From Lama glama (lineage: Eukaryota), in assembly GCA_028534125.1 (NCBI GenBank), contig CM052851.1:16554001-16618000 (forward strand): a DNA stretch of 64,000 nucleotides. Direction: 5' to 3'. The number at the start of each line of letters is the position of its first letter. Position 1 is the first letter of the stretch. A program made the position numbers and the translations under genes. The notes under the pieces were generated by a model. The model did not search any database and had not been told where the DNA came from. It was given only the letters and a program-made list of their open reading frames with translations. Below are positions 12,581 to 24,959 of the stretch, piece after piece.

Positions 12581-12721
12581 TATTAGTTGGGCTAGACTGC
12601 TCTGTAAATGCTGCTACGAAATCAGCTACATCCATGATCTAACCCAGGGTAGTTCCTTGATAAATATCAGCCAAGCCCACTTTCTTCTGTACTTTTCTTC
12701 TCCAAATAGGTGCCTGGACTC

Positions 12722-12854
12722 NNNNNNNNNNNNNNNNNNNNNNNNNNNNNNNNNNNNNNNNNNNNNNNNNNNNNNNNNNNNNNNNNNNNNNNNNNNNNNN
12801 NNNNNNNNNNNNNNNNNNNNNNNNNNNNNNNNNNNNNNNNNNNNNNNNNNNNNN
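12722..12854. other. Assembly gap (133 N)
   Basis: Run of N. Confidence 1.
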
Positions 12855-13559
12855 TCTTGATTAAGCTTTTCTTTGCTTTTATCAGTTGGCACACTTTTTT
12901 TTTTTGCTGTCTTTTCATGTATATTTTATTCCCAATCAGTGTCAGAAACCTTATGCAAATACCTTGTTTGTTTCTGTCTTCTTCCTTTATCTACCCAGCT
13001 CTGCACTTTTATGGAATTCATTTTTCTCTCACTGACTTCTTTTATTTCTCCGGTGTTTTAAGTCAAGCACTGTGAAAAGAAAATGTCTGTCTTGTGTTTT
13101 GGGGGGTGGAGGGTGGGGCAAGTGGTTCCCAGTGGCAGGGGCTCTGGGACAGGCTCACGGTGGGATACTGCACCTATGGGCATCAACGCCTAGAGACTAA
13201 GCCTTGATCCCTGGCGAGTGTCATAAACACTCAGACAGAGTGACCTGAAAGACCGTTTTGAGTTTCCCATTTACAAATAGAAGCAGGCCAATGGCTCATT
13301 CAAGACTTGAGCCCGGAACTTACTACTTTTGATCCAAAGCTTTCTCACCACACTTTTCTTCAAGACATGTAAGAAATATAAAGAACCTATAGAAAGGACT
13401 TAAAATATATTGATGCTTGTTTTTCAGAGTGTATTTGTAAAATCTGTTTCTTCTGTCCTCTTGCCAGCTGTCCAGGCTTTCTGACAGTACTGTTTGGGTT
13501 CAGTTGAAGTCCAGTACTCTTGCAGCTCCTGACATTGCCAACTTTGTTAAATATTAGGC

Positions 13560-13770
13560 AGACTCAGAAGAGAGTCAGATGGCTTTGAATTATAACTGTG
13601 TCTGTTCCTGGCTGTACAAACTTGGAAGGTTATTTCACCTCCCAGTTTCCTTATCAGTTAAATTCAGAATGATAATATATGCCTCGAGGAGTTGCTGAGA
13701 GGATGAGATTTATCATATAGATAAATGGCCTAATCTAGAGCCACATGTATTAATTACTAATAAATAGGTC
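13560..13770 (+). mobile_element. MIR SINE
   Basis: cccagtttccttatcagttaaatt...gataatatatgcctcgaggagttgctgagaggat. Confidence 0.8.
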
Positions 13771-14249
13771 TTAGAACACTAATAATGATAGGCCTTCCTT
13801 TGAATTACAGAATATATTTGTTTCTTTGTGGAAGTAAGGATGCATATAATAAATTCCAGAGTAAGATGGATTGTTCGGGGGAAGTTTTAATGCCAAATTG
13901 CTGTTTACTTCTTTCTCAGGTAAATAAGGTAAAAGAACATCAGAACAGGTTGATTTGCCTTATAATGGTGATAGCAAGATAATGAAAGTCCCCCTTCCTG
14001 GTCTCTCCACCTTCTGCAGGAGTGCAGCTGATACTTAGAAAGTGTTCATGTTTTGTTTCCTTTGTTCTTTTAGTCTGTAAGTTGCACACGGGGAGCGGGC
14101 GGGTGGTTATTCCTCGAAGAGTGTCACGTTGAATTTGTGTGTCCCTGAGCCTCTGCACTCCAGCCACCCAAATGTACCCCCATACAAAATAACTGGAGAA
14201 AGGGGGCCCAGTGCTTAGTAAGGGTCTATTTTGTGTTTGGACTTGCCCA

Positions 14250-14453
14250 TGATATTTTTTGTAAGAGGCCAGATGATAAATATTTGTGGCTTTGCAGGCC
14301 CTGTATGTCCCGCCCGAGTCTGCCGCTGTAGTGTGCAAGCAGCCACAGACGACATGCAGACAAATGGGTGTGGCCATGTTCCAATACAACTGTTTCCTCA
14401 AAAGCAGATGGTGAGATGGATTTGGTTCACAGATCGAAGTGTACAGAACTCTG
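14250..14453 (-). mobile_element. MER58A (hAT-Charlie MITE)
   Basis: tgtaagaggccagatgataaatatttgtggctttgcaggcc...gcagccacagac...aatgggtgtggccatgttccaataca matches recalled MER58A. Confidence 0.9.
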
Positions 14454-15569
14454 CTCTCCAGCAATGATGGGGTAAAACCACTGTCTAAAATGAGTCTTGT
14501 CTGCCTCCAGAGCCTGTGTGCTCTGCGGTAATACCTGCGCTCTCTCCCTAGCAGGTTTTGAGATTAGAAAAAAAAAAATATCCTGCTAGCTGGTAGTTTT
14601 CAGCTTCCAAGCTTTAAAGAAAGGCCACAGCTTATAAACAGGCATAACAGCTAACTCAGGGGAAATTCCTTGAATTAGAAGGCTCCTGTGTCTGCGAAGG
14701 AATGGCTGTGTCTCCCAGGCAGGCCTCGCACGTTTGGGCCTATCGAGTGAGGACAAGCAGACACCGGAGGGCTAGATGCACTCTCACTGGGCCTTGGCTC
14801 TCTGGCTCGGACCACGGACCCTGCTGATGCTTTGGGCTTGTACTGAGGGTTCCAGAAGGGCTTCTCTCTGAATCACTCAGAATTTACCTCCAAGCAGGCA
14901 AAGAGCCTGACATTATCCAAAGGTGAAGAAAGAACCTAAAGCAGGACTCAGAGCAAGTAAAAAGGAATCTGGATGTGGTCAATGCCTCTCAGTAACTACA
15001 CTCCATTGGCTTTGAAAAATAGCCCAATTATCCTCAATTTCAGTGTGCAGAAAAATGATGAAACAACGTGACCTCATACCATAAATCCCCCACACATAAA
15101 CACTCCCTGTGCAATTAATCATTGCTCTAAAGTGTCCTCATCTACGGGAAACAAATGGTCAGTTCTGTCTGTCACCCAGTGGAGGCATGAAACAGTCACA
15201 GAGTAAGACCATTCTTGGTGATAGGAACCATCAAAGAAAGGGGTTGGGTTTCTAGGTTAGTGAATGTGCTAGCTGTCAAGGCACCTGTGATAAAGCACAG
15301 GGTAGTGATGGAAAGAACCTGGCCATTTATAATTCATCAGCATGACTTTGCCATCCAGAAAGGTTGTGAGAAAAGATCCTAGAATTCCAAATCAGGATGC
15401 CTGGTTGCTGTTTCTATGTAGGACCTTGGGCAATTGTAGAGGGAAGAGTTCAGGACCTGAAGGCAGAGGACTTGCTTTAAAGTTTCAGCTCTCACAGTTG
15501 TCATGTCATCTGGGTGGGCCTGGGCAAAGTCACTTCCTGTGGCACAGATGGCTCTATGTTCATGCACAA

Positions 15570-15940
15570 TGATTCTCTGCTCTTCCTAAACACAGTCAGG
15601 CTGCTTTTCCTAGGCTCCTTATAGTCTGTTTGGCCATACTGCCGAGTTCTGGTTAATGGGATGTGGGTGGAAGGAATGGAGGTCACTCACAGGCCAGGAC
15701 TGTCAAAACCTCCCTTCATTCTCTCTCCTTTTCCTCATAGAGGCCAAGTACAGGGCATCTTTCTAGGGACTCCAAGAGGCTGCCAGAGGACTCTGGCTTC
15801 CTAAATGGAGTAAAGACCATTTTTATCTCCCTACTTCACCTACCACCCTCAGCCTGCCAAGTGGACTTTATATAAGTGGGTAAATCCACTGAGACTTCAG
15901 GATATATCTGTTAGTAGTTAGCATTAACGTCTTAATTACA
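15570..15940 (+). mobile_element. Old MLT1 (I/J-like) MaLR LTR
   Basis: ccactgagacttcaggatatatctgttagtagttagcattaacgtcttaattaca resembles the MLT1 3' end. Confidence 0.55.
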
Positions 15941-16489
15941 GTGGTGATAAGAAAAGCTCATTTTTTTAAATATCTTACAATTTTATTTGTCGATGATACT
16001 GCAATAAAGCTGAAAAAAATTACATATAAATCACTTAGTCTTGTATCTCTATATAGTTCTTATCTGGTGTGATGCTTCCTCAATAAGCCCATATATTTTT
16101 CTGTTCTTCTACATCTCTGTACCATCTGTTTGTCTTCCATGACCCCAACTAACGCCACCCTTTAGCATGTGGGTGGCATTAACACAAAACTTTTCTATAC
16201 TGCCGTTCTGTTTCCTTTTTCCTCCCAGAATACAGATTCTCAGAAACAGGATACACGATTTAAAATTAATAAGAATAAGTGAAAGAAGATTTTAAAAACC
16301 TCAAAATGTAACATAGAAGAAAAGAGGGGGAAAAAAAAACAAGGGAAATCATGTGAATGTAACATGTTTTTAAGAAATCATTATGGGGTAAATTGAACTA
16401 TTTGAAATATTTGGTTCTCTGCTAAAATTAAAGGAGGGAAAACATTTATGATACTTTCATAGTGATTCCTACTTAAATAAGGATTAAAC

Positions 16490-16700
16490 TGAACACCTGA
16501 TTTGTTGAGCCCTTATGTTAAGGTAGGCTTTGGGCTTCCATGAACTCTCTCTTACGGCCTTCAAAACAGTAATTTTATAAGTTCTTTTAATGTTCCTATT
16601 TCCCAGTTGAAGCTGAGACGTACAGAGGTAAGCTATCTTGTCTGATCTCATGTTCACGTGTGGTGGAGCAGCGACTTGCTTGAAACCTCAGTCTGCTCTG
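16490..16700 (-). mobile_element. MIR SINE
   Basis: atttgttgagcccttatgt...cccagttgaagctgagacgtacagaggtaag. Confidence 0.7.
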
Positions 16701-17889
16701 CATAATAAAGATGGTAATGTCTGCCTCATTTACCCAGAATGTTATCACATGTGTCACATGAGTTAGGAGATAAGCACTTGGGAGACTAAAAACATCACAT
16801 ACATGCCAGACATTATTATTATTGATCTCACTGAGCTTTACTTTTTATAACCATAACAGTTGTTCTACTTAAACACTGTTTTTAACACAGTAACATGGAA
16901 CATTTCCATGTTCCATGGAGGCAGGTGATAGTGACAACCTAACAGCCCTTGCCATGTGAATGGCATTTAGCGGTGAGAAGTGCAAGGTAGAGCAGGGAGC
17001 GTGAGAGTGAGTATAAGCAGAAAGTTGAAGCAGGAAGAAGTATTTATACAAATTCTTCTCTTATTTCATCCTCTCCTCCCCTATTCCCTGCAACTATTTC
17101 CTTTGATTTGTAATTAGGCATGCCATTACGAACTGATACACAACATTCTAAATAATCCTGTCATTTCTCAAGTGGCTGGTGTAATACTCAGAGCAGTTCA
17201 GGTACTAGGACTTAAGGAATCAGGAAAATTCAGCTTTTATGAGTTTAAAGAAAATTGTTATAGCCCATACTAGTTGATACTGATGTTCAATTCTGATGGA
17301 ATTCTCAGTCCATGCCAGATCTTAGGACATAAAGAAACAGGAAAAATCAGGTTTTATGGTTTTTGCTTTAGGAAAAAAAAGTAAGTCATTATGCCATTTG
17401 CCAATTGACGCAAGTTTACTTCAAACTTAGAAGGGAAAAATTCATGACAGATTATTGAAGTACATTTTTAGCATGTCTGTCATCAAGTTTTAATTCAAAT
17501 ATAATTAAATCAAACAAGCTATAGGGCTCTGATATGTTTCTGACTTGCAGAAATGTTTAACTTAATGAGTGACATTCATGGAGTGTTAAATTAGCATCAG
17601 GAAATTTCTTATATACACGATCTGTATCTGCTTGGCAACAAGAAAGATCTAGAAACTTTGAGGCTGTCTTCCTGCATGACAACAATTGGACTGAAGAGTG
17701 CTGTACATTTACATAGACCCTGCATTGTCTGCTTTGCCACAGTCTTCACCACTCCCTATTGCTTCTCAACACAGTCGTCAAGGGTCAGTTCCCACTTAAC
17801 CCCATCCATCTTGACTGTTTGCCCCATTTACACTGTTTTTATGCTTCCTGTGCTGAATCTACTATCTGTGCTTTAGAATATAGCTTCTC

Positions 17890-18600
17890 TGGGAAGACAA
17901 TATTTAGTGCTGATAAAATCACACCCTTCCCCCTGTTGCTTCTGGAGCAGAGATAATGTACTACTCATTCTGGATATTGAGTAAGGCAAGCTTTCCGATG
18001 TTTGTTCAGGGATTGTGCATTTTGCATAAAAATCCTCCCTTACCATCCCTCCTCAACTTGATTATCCTCTGTTTATCATTTGAACTCACTGCTACAGTCA
18101 CTTCCACCAGGAAAACTTCCGTAGCCTCAGCCACCTCAACATGCTGGGTTGGCTCTGCTTTATATGTTTTTAAATAGCACCATATGCTCATTTCTGTCAA
18201 AGGACTTAATTGCAATTGTTAATTTACTTGCTTACCTATCCCACTAAAACATGAACTTGGAAAACTTATCACCCCTTCTGGATATGCCATGTTCTATCCT
18301 GTCACCATGCCTTTGTATATGCTGTTTCCTCTTCCTAGAATGCCCTCTCCCATCTGCAGCACTCTCCTTGGCGCAGGTAAATGCTACACATCTTTGAGGG
18401 CTTCTCAAGCATTGCCTTTTCAGTGAAACTTTCCATCGAACCTTTACACTGGCTTGGCTCCCCTAACCAGTACAATGCAATTCTAGACTATGATACCTGT
18501 CACAAGGTACTCTGCCTCTCACACTGTCATGTCTTTGACATGAGAAAGAGCCTTGAGGGAAAATAAGTCTTTATTCTCTATAACTTAAGCATTAAGTGGT
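17890..18600 (+). mobile_element. L2 fragments
   Basis: ccatgcctttgtatatgctgtttcctcttcctagaatgccctc; tcacttccaccaggaaaactt; cccactaaaacatgaact. Confidence 0.65.
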
Positions 18601-18602
18601 AT

Positions 18603-18740
18603 NNNNNNNNNNNNNNNNNNNNNNNNNNNNNNNNNNNNNNNNNNNNNNNNNNNNNNNNNNNNNNNNNNNNNNNNNNNNNNNNNNNNNNNNNNNNNNNNNN
18701 NNNNNNNNNNNNNNNNNNNNNNNNNNNNNNNNNNNNNNNN
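18603..18740. other. Assembly gap (138 N)
   Basis: Run of N. Confidence 1.
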
Positions 18741-19129
18741 CAGTTTGAGGAAAAAAAACACATTAGACATTTGTTTGCCCAGATATCATACAGTACAACT
18801 TTGTCATACGAAGGGCAAATTTGCAACTTACAATCGTGCTCAAAAACTTTGAGCTCATCATGACTATCTCTTCATCTAACAGCTCTAACTAATCAACTTG
18901 ATTCACTGTGTACTGAGTCCAAAAATCCTAGGAAAGAGCCAGAATTAGTAGTTTGATTATGGTTTCTCTTCCTTGGACCCACGAACTCCAGCTGGGAGAA
19001 AGTCACACATTTTGTAAAGTGGCTACTTGGGTGGTTACCATGTGGGGAGTGGAGGAAGGGCCAGAAGAGTGGGGGCAGGTCAGGCAAAACAGTATGTCCA
19101 CTTAATTCCCTGGCTAGATAGTTAGGAAT

Positions 19130-20560
19130 TGGTATCTATTTAATTGACAGTCACTTATCAAGTATCTATCATATCTAGATACAAAAAATGCAGCAATGAA
19201 TAAACTAGATAAAGTCATTCCTGTCATACAATGGACAATTTTTCCATTCATCAAAAAATATTTACTGGGCACCTACTGTATACAAAGGCTGTACTAGGAA
19301 GTATGATGAGGTGAAAGTGAACGATGCAAAGATATATTTACATCTCAGCTCTCACCAAGCTTCCAACTGAATGGGAAATAAGATGTTTGAACAAGTAACT
19401 GTTACACACGACTGGTCAGTCCATTCCTTAGAGCAGACATTCACTAAGTATGAAGCACATGCCATTGTGTTAGACACTGAGGATATAAAGATGGATGAGA
19501 AACTGGTGTGATTATTAAGATGTTTATAGGCTAGAGCAGGACTCTGAGATATAAACAGTTAATTCCAACCTAGAATAATTCAATATTTTCTGACAAAGCT
19601 GTATGAAAAAGGAGATATCTTTATGAAGCAAAATGTTTTAGAAGAATCCAAGAGAGATTGTACAGGTGGCAAAAAATCCTAAACAGAAAGAATAAATCTA
19701 ATATCAATGGAAGTAGCTGGAGCAAAAATGCAGACACAGGAAGGTGCAGGATAGATTTTAAAAATGATGACAACCAGTCAGGAATTTTAAAAGAGATGTA
19801 GAGGATAAACTTGAAAATGTAAATGGGACCAGACTATAGCATCTTAATGAGTTCAGAGTTTTTTGCTTAATAATGAGAAGTCACTGAATGTTTTTGAACA
19901 GTCCTGGGGCTCAGCATGGACTGCCCTGAAACATGCCACAATGGAATATTGGTTATTTTGAACTAAAATTACTTAAGAAATGGCCAATGCAAAAGGGACA
20001 CTCCATTCCTCCTTTCTGTCTCCCTGAAAGCAGGAAATAAATCTTTCATGTGAAAGGTGCCCTCCCTGCATTCGGAGGTAGGAGGACACCCTTACTGACA
20101 GGAAATTCAGGCTGAAAAGGCTATGTAAACAGACCTTGTTGCTTGTTTAATTTACTATCACAAACCCAAACTCTGGATTCATCACTAATTGAGCACCCCA
20201 AACCTAAGTTCCTTTGTCCTATCAATTCCTCACAAACTTATTGTTTCTCTAAAACATGTAAAAGCTGCCTGCTTTAGCCACTTCTTTGGTCCTATTTCTG
20301 AGACCTCTATGTGCACAAACTGAAATGTGTTTATTTTTCTCCTTTTAATCTGTATTATGTCATTTCTGTTATTAGTCCCAGAAGAATTTAAGAGGGGTAG
20401 AGGGTAAAATTTTCCCCTCCCAGGCAACCGGCAGCACCTTGACCAAAATGCACTTTAAGTGATTAACTGAAAGATGTCCTAATTCTTGGGTTCCTGCTGG
20501 TGGAGCAGGTAGGGTACTATTAGGGGAATGGAAAGAGACAAAACAGTCTGTCTAAAAACT
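19130..20560 (-). mobile_element. L2 fragments, interrupted by an ERV1 LTR at 19902-20426
   Basis: ttccattcatcaaaaaatatttactgggcacctactgta; aatgagaagtcactgaatgtttttgaacag resumes after the LTR. Confidence 0.65.
19902..20426 (+). mobile_element. ERV1 solo LTR (MER34/MER39 group)
   Basis: tggggctcag...ttattttgaactaaa...ccctgaaagcaggaaataaat...gaggggtagagggtaaaattttcccctccc; 4-bp flanks acag/accg. Confidence 0.8.
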
Positions 20561-20599
20561 ACTGTAATGGAGATTATTTTCTCCTTTAATTTCTATTAT

Positions 20600-20800
20600 A
20601 TTTCATAGCTTTTGAGGGATTTAACTTATATTGCAGCTCTCTGTGTTATCATCTTTCCAATTAAACAGTAAGCTCTTTGACAATAAGGGGTGTTGCTCAT
20701 TTTTGCTGCCCCTGGAGCCTCACACAGAGCCCCATTTAAAGTATGTTCTAAATAAATACTTATTGAATAGATACTAAACTTGATGGATGAATGAATGAAT
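20600..20800 (+). mobile_element. L2 3' end
   Basis: aattaaacagtaagctctttga...aataaatacttattgaat and (TGAA)n tail. Confidence 0.7.
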
Positions 20801-20899
20801 GGGAAAACTGAATAGCTTCAAGGGGGGAAATTAAATATTCTATACCCTGAATATTCCTAGCATTTGTTCAAATCTTGAGTGTCATAGGGAGATGGCACA

Positions 20900-21105
20900 T
20901 CATGATGCAGATCTTTACTGTTACTTTCTAAATATGTGAATTGTATGAGTTTCTCTGTTTTCCCGAGTCTCTAATTATTTTTTTTCCTGCTGAAATGAGG
21001 CCAGTAATTTTTACTATCTCACAGTGGTAGTGTGAAGATGAAAAGGAACACTGTATATAAAGCACTTCACTTGTTACTAGCACAAAGTGAGAACTCATTA
21101 AGTGG
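20900..21105 (+). mobile_element. MIR SINE
   Basis: ctatctcacagtggtagtgtgaagatgaaa...tataaagcactt...gcacaaagtgagaactcattaa. Confidence 0.7.
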
Positions 21106-21174
21106 TATGGCTTAATATGCTTTCAAGAGCCTACTAGTGATAGGGTCGGAAGCAGCCTCTTGCCTTTCCTCATT

Positions 21175-21690
21175 CTTTTATTTATTCATTCATGCATCTT
21201 GTATTCAGTCAAAAGTATTAATAAATGCCTATTATTAGGCACTGAAGGCACAAGAATAAAAGTGATCTAGCATATCATGCTCAAAGAACTCTCCATATGA
21301 CAATACTGTTTTTTTTTTTAAAAAAGATCATTTATAATACAATGGAATAAGTACTACTAAAAGGGAATGTATTTGGAGGATGCAATTTTTGAGCAAACCT
21401 GTAGTGTGAGAGCAGGCATGGCTAGTTCAAGGAACTGTGAGTAATTCAATTGGATGGAGCTTCAAGGGCAAGGAAGTGCAGTCATGGGACTGGAGAAGCG
21501 AGCCAAGTCAAGTCATGGTAGACATCTCAGTTATTCAGAACTTTGGCACCATAGGGCTCTTCCCGTTCATGCTTTCTTCCTTTGGAGGGCTAGCTGGGAA
21601 AATTGTTTTGTTTTGTTTTCCTTTTTTTTTTTTTTTTGGTAATTAGACTGAGGTGAATAAAATATGATTGGGCTGCAGAAGAGAGAAAGA
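21175..21690 (-). mobile_element. L2 fragments
   Basis: tttattcattcatgc...ataaatgcctattattaggcactgaagg; gcatggctagttcaaggaactg. Confidence 0.6.
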
Positions 21691-21726
21691 AATTACTTCA
21701 TCAGACTCACCTTCCCACCCTGATAG

Positions 21727-22191
21727 TGTCAACTGAAAAAAATGTACAACTTGGGAATTGTGAGTTAAGTTTTATTTGGGGCAATGAGGACTATAGTCCA
21801 GGAGACAGCCTCTCAGACAGCTCTGAGGAACTGCTCTGAAGAGGTAGGAGGGGAGGTCAGTATATATGTGATTTTAGTGGAGGGGGATACATGCAATCAA
21901 GCACACATTTTGCCAGAAGGTTGCTGCTCATCACGAGGAGCAGATGTTTCAGTTAATGACTTTAGTGCTTTTCTAGATATGAGAAGAAGCAAGAAATTGA
22001 GTTCATAAAATCTCCTGAAAAGGTCTAAATGTCTAAAGATCTTTTCTGCCAGTTTTTCCCAGAGCACAGAGCACCTCATTCCTGATCTCCTCCTTGAATT
22101 CCTTTTAGAGTGTGTTGAAGGTCAGTGACTACAGTGGCTAGTGACTTCATTCTTGTAGAAAATGATGCCGAGTGACAATTTTTAGCTGACA
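21727..22191 (-). mobile_element. ERV1-type solo LTR, probably cetartiodactyl-restricted
   Basis: Terminal inverted repeats tgtcaact...agctgaca, 465 bp, AATAAA on the minus strand near 21775; resembles LTRs I recall from cattle, pig and whale. Confidence 0.8.
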
Positions 22192-22544
22192 ATCAAAAGA
22201 GATTAAAAAAGAAGTCCAAATTAGGATGTATCCAGTCTGATACTTTACCTGAGAAATGGACATCATCCTCTGGTTGGTTGCACTGATTCTGCCCTGGCCA
22301 CATTGGCATTCTTTGCCAAGTGACATTTATTTTCCAAATGGTTGCTGTCATTAGCCTATGGCCAGTATTTTGGAATATGCCTGAAATAAGATTGGATAGA
22401 CAAATGCTCAGTTTTTCGTTCTGGATTATCTCAAGCCAAGAGGGCAACTTCTGTTGGCAGCCCATGAGCTGGCTGAGACATGCCAAGAGTAAATTATGTC
22501 TTCTAAGGCGGTAACTAGCTCATCGAATAAGGGCTACTGATAGA

Positions 22545-22755
22545 TTTGTTTGGTTCTTCACCTGCGCCAGGGGCTTTACCGACGCAAGGTTATTTAATAC
22601 AGTGAAGCAGGCGGTATTATTCCTCTTTTATCAGATGATAAAAACAGCTCAGAGAGGCCAGTGATCTGTCAGTGATCACAAGCCAGTACAGTAAATGGGG
22701 AGTTGGATGTAAATCCGGATTTATTTGATTCCTAAACTTGTGTTTATTCTGCTGC
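22545..22755 (-). mobile_element. MIR SINE
   Basis: ggtattattcctcttttatcagatgataaaaacagctcagagagg...gatcacaagccagta. Confidence 0.75.
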
Positions 22756-23094
22756 ACCCAAAGGGCAAAAGGTAGAAAATTCGGTTTGCATTCTCACCAG
22801 TCCCTTTCTGAGAGGAATGTCCCTCTTTTGTGTGTGCCTGTGGGAGTGAAAGTTTCAGAGTTTTTTAGAGAAATGGCACCATACTGATCTGCTGCTGAGG
22901 GGAACAATGCTATGATGAAACTCAAGGCCGCTATTTACATTTCATTTTGTCCTCACAGATGTTTTTGGAAAGAGGCCAGGTTCAAATAGCTAAACCACTA
23001 ACTTCTCCTCAGTGTTCAGACACACGGTATGACAGCCCTAGAATCTAACAGCAACGTGAGAGAGTTGAGACTGGAATTTCAATTATAAAAATGG

Positions 23095-23310
23095 GCTTTG
23101 CGGCACAGAGGTAGGCTCTATTTCTGGATAAATATTTTACCTGCTGTGTTTTCCTGGGCAAGTTACTGAACATCTCTGCAGTTCAGATTCCTCATCTATA
23201 AAATGATGATACAAGATTACTTTCCTCTCAGTTATTTTGATGATTTAATGTGATAATTCATGTAAGTGCCTGGCAGATAATAGGCTGTTCATAAATGGTG
23301 ACTATTATTA
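23095..23310 (+). mobile_element. MIR SINE
   Basis: ctgggcaagttactgaacatctctgcagttcagattcctcatctataaaatg...gtgcctggcagataataggc. Confidence 0.85.
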
Positions 23311-24065
23311 GCTAGAAGTCAGAACATTGGGGATCTGATGCTGGTTCTTCTGTTTGCTTGTTCTTAAACCTTTGCTTAGTCATATCATACTGACGGGCCT
23401 AATCTAATGCAAAACCAGTGCATAAAACCCCGAAAAGACAAAACAACATAACAAATAAAAACAACTCCATAAAATAAGGGGTTTGAATTACTTCCCAACG
23501 TTTTCACTACCAGGCGTTCCTTCTCTTAATCTCCATCTACTCCTTGAACTGCATTTATTAATACTTAATTTGTTTTCCTATTCTTAATTAATCAAAGATA
23601 CATATATACGTGTGTGCATATATCTGAGTATGCAGCGCAAACAATAAGAATTGACCAAAAATAGGAAGACTAAACAGAAACAAAGCAGCAGTAAATCTTG
23701 TTAATAAGTCCATGTTTTTATTAATAAATGAGGCCTTGTTTTGTGTAAATAGTCAATTCCCAATAGGTATTTTTCGAACATCTAAAGTAATTCAAAGATC
23801 CTCACTGATGCGTTCTTGGAACTCTGGAGATTTGAGAAGTCCAGATTTGGCACCACTGGCCTCGTCTAAGGTCCCTTTAGCTAAGTGAGGTCTTCAAAAC
23901 CTTGGACCTGTCCTTAAAGTTTAATGTTGTTTTTCTCTAAGCTTCTACTCTTCTTCCTTATAATTTCTGCTAAGCCAATTCACTGTTGCTAGCATTCATG
24001 TACTCTGATTATTCCCCCCTCTTTTTGATAATATACACTTTTAAGGGAAGGTCATCACTCTGGAT

Positions 24066-24218
24066 CCCTGCTACTCAAAGCCAGGTCTGTTGACCTGCAG
24101 CATCAGTATCACCAGGCAGCTTATTAGAAATGCTGACTCCAGACCTACTAAACCTGAGTCTGTAATTGAACAAGATCCCTGAGTGGTTTGTATGTACGTT
24201 AAATTTGAGAAGCACTAG
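24066..24218. mobile_element. MER5A/MER5A1 (hAT-Charlie MITE)
   Basis: gctactcaaag...gcagcatcagtatcacc...ttattagaaatgc...aacaagatccc...tttgagaagcact. Confidence 0.85.
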
Positions 24219-24219
24219 A

Positions 24220-24400
24220 TTAGAATTCAGATTTGAACTGAGTATCGAGCAATTCCCTAGATTTGAATACCTGACCTATTGTCTTTGACAAGCCATTCAA
24301 CCTCTGTGAGCCTCTGTAAAATAAGGATAAAAGTGCCTGTTTGTCTTATTTAGAGGTTTTGTTGTTAGTTTCAAGAAAATAAGCAATAATAAAATATTTC
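24220..24400 (+). mobile_element. MIR SINE
   Basis: ctttgacaagccattcaacctctgtgagcctctgtaaaataaggataa. Confidence 0.7.
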
Positions 24401-24544
24401 ATAAGCTTATTAAGTAATCTAAAACCTCAAAATGCATATTGTTTCATAGTATGTTTCAAAAACATATTCAAAAATGTTTTATAACATTTTTCTCTAAGAA
24501 TCAGAATGAAAAGTATATTTAAATTCCTTTCACCATTCAGAAAA

Positions 24545-24800
24545 CTCTTCGGAATCACATCACTATGCCCCGGCATTTCCCTTGGGGATTATGAATCCCT
24601 CCCTCAGCTCTGTCCAGACTGATTTAGAGTTATCTGTTTACCCATCTGCCTCCTCTTGAGATTTAACTCCTTGAAAACATTAACCTGGAGACCACGTTTG
24701 ACTTACCCTTGCATTTCTCCTTCCTTCTCTGTGCTCTTCCGTCTTCTCCCAGTGCCTAGAACAGAGCTGAGTCTTTGTATATGCTTGTTGAGTGAAAAAA
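24545..24800 (+). mobile_element. L2 3' end
   Basis: tctcccagtgcctagaacagagctg...atgcttgttgagtgaa. Confidence 0.65.
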
Positions 24801-24959
24801 TGGATACAGTACTACTTGACAGCATCTCTATAAAAAACAAAGTGCAGCCAGTACACTGAGTACCTGCACCACCTGTTTAATAGGATTGTTAAGAGAATCA
24901 AATGAGACTGGGCATGCGGTGACCCTATGTGAGCTGTAAAACACTGGGTAAAAATGAGA

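Noticed and set aside
12626-13075. ORFs spanning N runs (also 18578-18826)
   Set aside because: Artefacts of assembly gaps
13101-13148. G-rich tract as a G-quadruplex
   Set aside because: Only three close G3+ runs; the fourth needs a ~19-nt loop
13940-14464. Longest ORF (174 aa, minus strand)
   Set aside because: Its N-terminal part is MER58A MITE sequence, it starts at a non-ATG codon and has no recognisable domain
14805-14825. REST/NRSE-like ACCACGGAC
   Set aside because: Only the 9-bp centre matches; both conserved half-sites are degenerate
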